A stretch of DNA of 64,000 bases. Origin: Heterodontus francisci (Eukaryota). Where the stretch lies: assembly GCF_036365525.1 (NCBI RefSeq), contig NC_090387.1, forward strand, positions 89,259,691-89,323,690, written 5' to 3'. This document shows, piece by piece, positions 26,680-36,700 of this stretch (position 1 is its first letter; the number at the start of each line of letters is the position of its first letter). Below the pieces are notes generated by a model that was not told the origin of the DNA, did not search any database, and was given only the letters and a program-made list of their open reading frames with translations. The position numbers and the translations under genes are program-made.

Positions 26680-28140
26680 TAGTCTTCCAACTTCCAAATT
26701 TGCTTCCAATTTCTATCCTTCTCTCACCTTTACATGCTCCATCTCGGACATTTCCCTTCCCTTCCTCGACTTATCTATCTCCATCTCTGGTGATAGTTGT
26801 CTACTAATATTCATTATAAGCCCACCAACTCCCACAGCTACCTCCGCTACACTTCCTCACACCCTGCCTCCTGTAAGGACTCCATTCCATTCTCCCACTT
26901 TCTTCATCTCTGACGTATCTGTTCTGATGATGCAACCTTCCACAACAGCGCTTCTGATGTGTCTTCCTTTTCCCTCAACCGAAGATTTCCCCCTTCTGTG
27001 GGTGACAGGGCCCTCGACCGTGTCTGACCCATTTCCCGTGCCTTTGCCCTCACGCTCCCTCTCAGAACCGAGACAGCGTTCCCCTTTTCCTCACATTCCC
27101 CCTCACCCGCCCCCCAACCCCCACCAGCATCCGCATCAAAAAGATCATCCTTTGCCATTCCCCCCACGGCCAGCATGATGCCACTGCCAAACACATCTTT
27201 CCATCCCCTCCCCTGTCAGCATTCCAAAGGGATCGCTTTCTCCATAGCTCCCTGGTCCACTCCTCCATTAGCCCCACCACCTCGTCCGCTTCCCACAGTA
27301 CCTTCACATGCAATTGCAGGAGGTGTAATACCTGCCCTTTTACCTCCTCTCTCCTCACTTTGCAAGGGCCCAAACACTCATTTCAGGTGAAGCAGCGATT
27401 TACTTTTACTTCTTTCAATTTATTATACTGTATTCACTACTCACAATGCGGTCTTCTCTACATTGGGAAGAGCAAATGCAGATTGGGTGACCGCTTTGCT
27501 GCGTACCTTCACTCAGTCCAGAAACATGACCCCGAACTCCTGTTGCTTGCCATTTCAACACATCCCTCTGCTCTCATGCTCACATCTCTGACCTGGGCTT
27601 GCTGAAACCTCAAGGAACAACATCACATTTCCCATTTAGGCATGCTGCAACCTACTGGACTGAATATTGAGCTCAATAATTTCAGAGCAATTTTTATTTT
27701 TATTGATTCATTACTTTTATTTTATTTTGGTTTATTTTTACCATGTACCTGCCCACTGTTTTTTCATGTTTGTGCATTTGTCTAGTGCTGTCCATTATTC
27801 TGTCATTTAACACGCTGTCTGCACGAATGTTGTGTCTTTCACTACACCGTTAACACACTATTTGCCTTTGTCTTTTCCCCATGACCTCCTTGTCAGTTAT
27901 TTTCTGTGACACTCTGACATATCAACACCCTTCCTTTTGTTCTCTTTTGTCCCAGCCCCGCTTTATTTGTTTAAAATCTATTACAGTTCTAACCTTTGTC
28001 AATTCTGATGAAAGGTCACTGACCTGTAACGTTAACTTTGTTTCTCTCTCCACAGATGCTACCAGTTCTGCTCAGCATTTCCAGCACATTTGCTTTTATT
28101 TTATATTTCCAGCATCTGCATTATTTTGCTTTTATTAAAA
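26680..28140 (+). mobile_element. Penelope-like retroelement 3' portion: RT end, GIY-YIG endonuclease, pLTR
   Basis: ORF 27360..27605 reads NLLYCIHYSQCGLLYIGKSKCRLGDRF (GIY-YIG). The terminal segment matches the palindromic element at 38703-38972. Confidence 0.8.
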
Positions 28141-28291
28141 TAATGTTGTTCTTTGCTACTGTTTCTTGAATTATTTTTCGATTTTGCATTCTCAATATTT
28201 GTACGAATTAAGTTTTTATAGATCACAGCGTGTTTCTAAATTAACTGCGTTCGTCTAACGTACTAGTGCTGGATCCTCTTCGCCAATAACC

Positions 28292-30190
28292 GAAGGAACT
28301 GAAGAATGGACTTAGGAGAGCTTGAAGGGGACATGAAAAAGTCTTGGCGGGTAGGATTAAGGAAAATCCCAAGGCGTTCTACACTTATGTGAGGAACAAG
28401 AGGATGGCCAGAGTGAGGGTAGGGCCGATCAGGGATAGTGGAGGGAACTTGTGCCTGGAGTCGGAGGAGGTAGGGGAGGTCCTAAATGAATACTTTGCTT
28501 CAGTATTCACTAGTGAGAGGGACCTGGCCGTTTGTGAGGACAGCGTGAAACAGGCTGATATGCTCGAACAGGTTGATGTTAAGAGGGAGGATGTGCGGGA
28601 AATTTTGAAAGACATGAGGACAGATAAGTCCCCGGGGCCAGACGGGATATGCCCAAGGATATTACGGGAAGTGAGGGAAGAGATTGATGCGCCTTTGGCG
28701 ATGATCTTTGCATCCTCAGTGTCCACTGGAGTAGTACCAGATGATTGGAGGGTGGCAAATGTTATTCCCTTGTTCAAGAAAGGGAATAGGGATAACCCTG
28801 GGAATTATAGACCAGTCAGTCTTACGTCAGTCGTGGGCAAATTATTGGAGAAGACTCTGAGAGACAGTTTTGATGATTATTTGGAAAAGCATGGTTTGAT
28901 GAGAGACAGTCAGCATGGCTTTGTGAGGGGCAGGTCATGCCTCACAAGCCTTATTGCATTCTTTGAAGATGTGACAAAACACGTTGATGAAGGAAGAGCA
29001 GTGGATGTGGTGTATCTGGATTTTAGCAAGGCGTTTGATAAGGTTCCACATGGTAGGCTCATTCAGAAAGTAAGGAGCCATGGGATACAGGGAAATTTGG
29101 CTGTGTGGATACAGAATTGGCTGGCCCATAGAAGACAGAGGGAGGTCGTAGATGGAAAGTATTCAGCCTGGAGCTCGGTGACCAGTGGTGTACCACAAGG
29201 ATCTGTTCTTGAACCTCTGCTCTTTGTGATTTTTATAAATGACTTGGATGAGGAAGTGGAAGGCTGGGTTAGCAAGTTTGCCGATGACACGAAGATTGCT
29301 GGAGTTGTGGATAGTGTGGAAGGCTGTTGTAGGTTGCAACGGGACATTGACAGGATGCAGAGCTGGGCTGAGAAGTGGCAGATGTAGTTCAACCCGGTAA
29401 AGTGTGAAGTGATTCATTTTGGAAGGTCGAATTTGAATGCGGAATACAGGCTTAAAGACAGGATTCTTGGTAGTGTGGAGGAACAGAGGGATCTTGGGGT
29501 CCATGTCCATAGATCGCTCAAAGTTGCCACCCAAGTTGATAGGGTTGTTAAGAAGGCGTATGGTGTGTTGGCTTTCATTAACAGGGGGATTGAGTTTAAG
29601 AGCCGTGAGGTTATGCTGCAGATCTATAAAACCCTGGTTAGACCACACTTGGTACATTGTGTTCAGTTCTGGTCACCTCATTATCGGAAGGATGCGGAAG
29701 CTTTAGAGAGGATGCAGAGGAGATTTACCAGGATGCTGCCTGGACTGGAGGGCATGTCTTACGACGAAAGGTTGAGGGAGCTAGGGCTTTTCTCATTGGA
29801 GCGAAGAAGGATGAGAGGTGTCTTGATAGAGGGGTACAAGATGATGAGAGGCATAGACAGAGTGGATAGCCAGAAACTTTTTCCCAGGGCGGAAAGGGCT
29901 ATCACTAGGGGGCATAATTTTAAGGTGATTGGAGGAAGGTTTCGGGGAGATGTCAGAGGTAGGTTCTTTACACAGTGAGTGGTGGGTGTGTGGAATGCAC
30001 TGACAGCGGTGGTAGTAGAAGCAGATACATTAGGGACATTTAAGCGATTCTTGGATAGGTACATGGATGATAGTAGTATGAAGGGTATGTAGTTAGTTTG
30101 ATCCTAGAGTAGGTTAAAGGTTCGGCACAACATCGTGGGCCGAAGGACCTCTCCTGTGCTGTACTGTTCTATCTTCTGTGTTCTATGTTC
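28292..30190 (+). mobile_element. Young 5'-truncated CR1 LINE
   Basis: ORFs 28344..29387 and 29409..29978. TTCTATG tail. 5-bp TSD TAACC at 28287-28291 and 30191-30195. Confidence 0.95.
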
Positions 30191-30264
30191 TAACCCTTTT
30201 GGATCAGTCGTAACATTCTTCTCTCCGAGTCATAAGATTCATGATTCAATGACAATTCAAAGAA

Positions 30265-30540
30265 TTGACCTCATAATCGAGGCTGACATGCCGATGCAAT
30301 ACCGCGGAATGATGGATGCCGGATGTACAGTCAATCGGAGGAGGCTTAAAATCCAATTCCCGCCGGACCTCTCAGGGTAAATAATCCCATGACACTATTT
30401 TCGGAACAGCAGCGAAATTCCCCTGTTGTGTTGGCTAATATTTACCACTGAACCAATATCACTGAAACGGTTATATGATCCTACATTTTAACTACTGTCT
30501 GGGATTTAGCTGTATTGACATTGTCTGCCAAAATTGTTGA
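30265..30540 (+). mobile_element. Degenerate Deu-domain SINE just 3' of the receptor stop codon (antisense to the gene)
   Basis: aggctgaca..atgcaatac.., ctctcagg..atcccatgacactattt..ggctaatattta..aaccaatatcactgaaac. Resembles 15940-16300. Confidence 0.5.
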
Positions 30541-30606
30541 TGTTGGGATAATGGGCCTGTGGTTAGATATATGCACGCAAAATGGACACCGCGTTGGACA
30601 GCAATA

Positions 30607-30774
30607 TTACATGGCATTTTGTTGCTTGTAAAGAACGTCTGCTCTTGGTTTTTCCATCCGAACCTGAGCGTACTCCGTGCTGGTATCCTTACAATTAGCC
30701 TTTGCTGTTCCCTTTAAACCTGCCATATCTAGAGCTGCGTAGGTCAGTTTATTACCCGGTGACCTGTGGTTGGT
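30607..30774 (-). CDS. Exon 6: terminal cytoplasmic exon with ITIM (LTYAAL) and ITSM (TEYAQV)
   Basis: Acceptor tgctttcacag, phase 0, lying within ORF 30607..30810. Motifs at 30730-30747 and 30661-30678. TAA at 30607-30609. Confidence 0.85.
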   Translation of the reverse strand, partial: TNHRSPGNKLTYAALDMAGLKGTAKANCKDTSTEYAQVRMEKPRADVLYKQQNAM

Positions 30775-33700
30775 CTGTGAAAGCAATTTTGGGAATATCA
30801 TTAGTTGCATGTTTTAGCTGACTGTAGTCCACCGTTCCATAAATATTGGAATAGACAGTGCCTCGCACAATTAGCGTTACAAGCAATAGGTTGCTATTGC
30901 AGCATTTAAGACATTTCCAATACTAAACTGCATAATTTGCTAATTGAAATTATTCAATTTCTTTGCCCGAAAACCAGAGTCAAATCATTAAAGGAAGGAT
31001 TGAGATATCAGTCACTGAGGCCCACAACATCACTGTCTGCGCACTATCTCGGCGCCATCAGCGCTCAGCAGGCCGAATCAGTCTTATTAACAAAAATATT
31101 CAAGACAGTTTGAGAGAAGGCAAGGTTAAGTTTCAGTCTTTACAGCCTGAAATTTACTCATCGTCAGCGTTGAGCGGGATTGAAAAATTCGACCCATTTT
31201 CCAAACAGTGAAGCGAATGCAATGATAATTTCCTAGGGTGGAGCAATCGTACTTTTCAGATATTGTGCTCCGTGCAATCATTGCTTAACGCCCAAGCGTG
31301 AAAGACTGAAAAAAATCCCCAAATTCCATAGAGTCACAACAGGCCTCCTGATTTCACTTCGTTTGGTCACCACCAGAAATCCTGCAGAAACCCTTTAATA
31401 GGCTGCAAATGCTCCATAAGTTGGTTCTGTGGGAGTTCCACTAATATGCTAGCGAATTAATGGAAAATCCATGACATTTGTAGGTCAAGAGAATAAATGA
31501 AATGAGAGATCAAAATTCGTCCCTGTTGCCCATTGATAAAAAAAAATCTGTTTCAAATAATATGCATCTGGCAATGTTTATATACTTGAAGTTACACTTC
31601 AGAATACACAAGATACATGTATTTCAACAGGGAAGAAAAATTCCAAGGGAGGATTCGCCATTCGTGGTTAACTAAACCAGTTAAAGATAGTATCAAACTT
31701 AAAGAAAAAGCACATAATTGCGCAGAGATTGGTGGCAGGTCAAAGACTGCACAGAATATTTTGAAAAAATGACTAAAATATTGACAAGGAAGGTAAAATT
31801 AGAATACGAGAGAAAGTTATTTAGAAATGCAAAGACAGATATTAAGAGTTTCTATAGATTTTTTTTAAAGAGAAAAGTCAACAAAGTGAACTTTGGTCCT
31901 ACAGAAAGTCAGTCTGGGGAATTATTAATGGATGATAAGGAGATGGCAGATGGATTGAACAGTTATATTGCTTCGATCTTCACTATTGAGGATACAAGTA
32001 ACATTCCAGAATTAGCTGTAAGTCAGGAAATGAAAGGGATGAAAGAACTCAAGAAAATTGCAATCACCAGGGGAGTAGTAGTGAACAATTTTTTGGAGCT
32101 GCGGGCTGAGATGTCCCCGGGTCCTAATGGACTTCACCCTGGGTTCTTAAAGAAAGTGGCTAGTGAGATAGTTGATGCGTTAGTTTTAATTTTCCAAAAT
32201 TCCCTAGATTCGAGAAGGTTCCATTAGTCTGGAAAATAGCCAATGTGACTCCTTCATTCAGAAGGGGAGGGAGATAGAAAGCAGGAAACTACAGGCCAGT
32301 TAGCTTAAAATCTGTCTTAGGGGAAATGTTAGAAGCTATTATTGAAGACGTTATAGCAGGTTACTTAGAAAAATTGAAGATAATCAGGCAGAGTCAGCAT
32401 GGTTTTGTGAAAGGGAAATCATGTTTAACCAATTTATTGGAGTTCTTTGAGGGAGTTGCATGTGCTGTGGATGAAGGGAACCGGTGGATTTATTGTACTT
32501 AGATTTCCAGAAGGCACTTGATAATGTTCCACATCAAAGGTTATTGCAAAAAAAAAAACTCATGGTGTAGGGGTAACATATTGGCATGGATAGAAGATTA
32601 GCTAGCTAACAGGAAGCAGAGAGTAAGCATAAATGGGGTCATTTCCTGGTTGCCAAGATGTAACGAGTGGTGTGCCACACGGATCTGTGCTGGGGCCTCA
32701 ACATTTTACAATATATTTTAATTAGTTAGATGAAGGCACCGAAGGTATAATTGCTAAATTTTCTGATGACACAAAGATCGGTAGGAAAGTAGGTTATGAA
32801 GAGTACATATGGAGGCTACAAATAGATGTAGATGGGTTAAGTGAGTGGGCAAAACAAAAACTGGCAGATGGATTATAATGTGGGAAAATGCAAAGTTGTC
32901 CATTTTGGCAGGAAGAATTATCTGAATGGTGAGAGATTACGGAGCTCTGAGATGCAGAGGGATCTGGGTGTCCTAGTGCATAAATCACAAAAGGTCTGTA
33001 TGCATGTACAGCATATAATTAGGAAAGCTATCAGTAATGCTTCAGCTATGCAAGGAATTGGTGGGACCACATCTGGAGCACTGTGCACAATATTGGTCTC
33101 CTTATTTAAGGAAGGATGTAAATGCATTGGAAGCAGTTCAGACAAGATTTACTAGACTGACGCCTGGAATGGACGGGCTATCCTATGAGGAAAGATTGGA
33201 CAGGCTAGGCTTGTATTCGCTGAAATTTAGAAGAGCAAGAGGCGACTTGCTTGAAACATATAAGACCCTGAGTGTTCTTGACAGGGTGGATGTGGAAAGG
33301 ATGTCTCCCCTTGTGGGAACATCTAACTAGGGGTCACTGTTTAAAAATAGGGGGTCGCCGATTTAAGAAAGAGATGAGGACATTTTTTTCCCCTCTCAGA
33401 GCGTGAGTCTTTGGAGCTCTCTTCCTCAGGAGTCGGTGGAAGCAGAATATGTTTCAGACAGAGGGAGATAGATTATTGATAAGCAAGGGAGTAAAATGTT
33501 ATCGGGGGTTGGTGGTAATGTGGAGTAACCAGATTAGCCATGAACTTATTCAATGTTGGAACAGGCTGGAGGGCTACTCCTGCACCTAATTCGAATGTTT
33601 GTACGTATATTCGTATGTTCTGTTGCAGCAAAAATATAGTAAAGGCATGCGAATTATTTTGTAAAGCTGAGTTTTTCCACATTGAGAATGTGTGTTTTAA

Positions 33701-36700
33701 GTAAAGAATAGATGGACTTGATTTAGGACGAGGAGAGAGAAAGATATTTGGGAGTCAAAGCAATCAGATCACTTTCACTGTCCGGGCAAGTAAACGACAA
33801 ATATAATTTTGCAATGATCAGAACATTGTGCACAAGAAGTCCTATTAACGTTTGACAGTCATTTTCTAAACTACGTAGACTAATATCTACGTCGATAACA
33901 ACCTGTCTATCTATCTATCTATTTATCTATCTATCTATATATCCGTCTTTTGGGAAGGAGGAGAAAAATGCACACAATACCGCAGATATGGCCTCACCAA
34001 TGCCCTGTATGACTTATACAATGACTTATTTACTGTTATATTCCAATTCCTATGTAACATAACTAAGATACAATTTCCTTTCCTAATTTATTGCTGCTTA
34101 TTCTACGGAATAGAATCTCAAAATTTGCAAATTATACCAAACGTGGCAAACAGTCAGGTTGATAGGAACGATTTGCAACAGGGCAGAGATAAGCTAACAG
34201 AATGGGCAGACAAGTTACAGATGGAATTTGATACAAACAAGTGAGAGGTGCTGAATTTTACCAGAAAGGATATGATGAGGAAATATCGACTTAATGGCAC
34301 AGTTCTAAAGACTGTGCCGGAACAGAGGATCCGGGGAGTGCATGTACATTGATCTTTGAATGTGGAAATATATATTGATATTGAGAGAGTGGTTAGCGAG
34401 GCAAATGGGATCTTAGGCTTCATAAACCAAGGCATAGATACAAAAGCACCTAAGTTATCCTTGGCATCGCTGGCAACTGCAGCTATTATCTCCTTTTCTG
34501 CTTGCCCGAGAAATGTTTTGGTGGAGTTGTGAGGAGACTCCATGTGGACTTCAAGCGCCAACCACATTCGTCTGGATTGCAGTCAGAGACAAAGCAGACC
34601 AGTTTAAGGCGGCTGTTTTCCTTCCGCGAGAGGCATTAGCAAACCACTTGGGGAATTTAAGACAATCTGACAGCTTCATAGTCACTTTGATTGCTACCAT
34701 ATTTTGCTAATAGATTTTGAAAACTGAATTTAAAAAGATCAAACTGGCATGTTAGGCTTTGAACTCTTGTGTTCTGTATTTATTCTGGAATTAGCTAATT
34801 GACAATACATCAAAATACTGCCAGCTGTGTGGTAGCTTTTAAGTAGTATGATCACAACGAGAAAACGGCAGTTACAATTCAGTTGCCTCTGACGCAATGA
34901 CAAAAAATGTTACTGCTGCATGACCGCCGAATTCACTCTGTCCTATTTTGTACTATTCTTTACATCCATAGAATAAAACATGATAATTATTGTATTAAAT
35001 GGATTGCAGCTCTGTTATGCCTAAATCTATATTCAAGTAATGTGGAATGAATTGTGGAAGCATACCTTCTGCTCGGGATAGTCGCATCTTTCGCCATCGT
35101 TCTGCACTCCTGGTAAGGTATGGAGTTCAAGAATTTAGGATGAAACACTTAATCAGCTTAGAAAGAAACTCGTGGTAGGCTAAATGTAAATTATAACATA
35201 CTCTAGATAGGTGTAAAATTTCAGGCAATGAAAAAAAGCTTTTGTAATAAAGCATCATTGGAGTTCCAATCTCAGCCGGTGGCTGGGGGACCTTGGACAT
35301 TAACACTCCATTTTAGAAATTCGAATCTACTGCGATAGCTGTCGTGATGGAAGGCATATTCAATAAATTAGATGTTTTATTCTGTGTAAATGCATATGGT
35401 TGGGGTGATTGTGAAGCACCCCAAGTATTTTAAAACGCAGAACAAACTTTATGTTCAGCAATCGCACTGTTACTATCAGTAAACTAACTAACAGACTAAG
35501 TATTGTTTGAACCGTTCAGTTGTAATCAATCAACCATGTATATAGCATGCAGTTCTCACTCTTTCTGTTTGGAAGTTGAACTTACTTTAGTAAAATAAAA
35601 TCTATGGCCGTTGTTAAGTATTAACTTTGTAAGTGTTAGTTGAGCGTAATAAACTCTGACTTGATCAGAAAACGTAAGTCAATACCTTGTAGGCCTGTCT
35701 TAGTAAAGAAATCCCAATGTGAGACGGGTTGGCGTTTTGTCTCACCTCTATTTAAGTACATCTGCCTGAAAGCCTGAAAACTTAAACTTACAATGTCTTA
35801 CCTTTATTTTTCTTTGAGATGCATCGCTTTGCAATGAGGAGACCCAACAGTAGTAATACCAACCCGCCCCATGCAGCTGAAGAAATCAGCAGGCAGCGGG
35901 TGAGCTCACCATCTACAAGAGTTAAATGAAATATAAAAATCTGAAACCGTAGACTGTTGAATTGCATGAAACCATGCCTTAAAAGATAGGGAACCTTCAA
36001 CTTTTTCAATCACTTGTTTTGGTTTAAGGTTTTATGAAACCACATAAAATGTTGAGCGATGTTTATTTTTCCATGTGTAAAAAAAAGTTAATTTACTTTA
36101 TTTTGGCTTAATCTCAAATGCGATTGTATCCTTGTTTCTTATTGAAACTAGACTGCGGTGTAAGGTGGCAATTTTTACTTTGTTAGTGCAGAATAGACTG
36201 GTTTACATTTATTCATATTTGTTATTCCCACTGATTTTTGTGTAATCATGTTTAGTTTGTTGATTTATAAGACAGCTAACACTAATTGCTAAAATGACAG
36301 CTTGCTGCAGATTATAGCACGGTTTATGGAATGCAGGACATAGTGGTCCATCTGTGGCATGTTGTGACTGGGAACCATAAGATTGGAGTTACTGCAGGAT
36401 GCATGCCAACGCGTCTGTTGTGCATTCACTGGGGCAAAAATATGAAACAACAGTTGCAGAGGACTTGCAGCAGAACAACTGGACGAACTCCACGGATGAT
36501 GAGTAACAGTAAACGAATGATAAGGGGAGGGATCACCACAAATGGATTATTTACAATGTAATTCAGTTACATAAACATAATAATTGCAGTTCAGTGAGTA
36601 TAAGGTTGGTGGTGGGAAGACTACGAGAAACCATTGACCAGCTCAAAAATAATTTCTACTCGGAGTAGCGTGGTTAATAATGTCCGTGCAGCACAGATAA

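Noticed and set aside
25764-26680. Possible extra exons in the AT-rich spacer (ORF 25616..25987, donor-like site near 26070)
   Set aside because: The ORF is a chimera of TE ends and spacer, and no coherent reading frame or domain was found.
35650-35775. AG..GT-bounded candidate cytoplasmic exon right after the TM exon
   Set aside because: The implied intron would be only about 30-40 nt. Exon 35109-35066 gives the correct phase instead.
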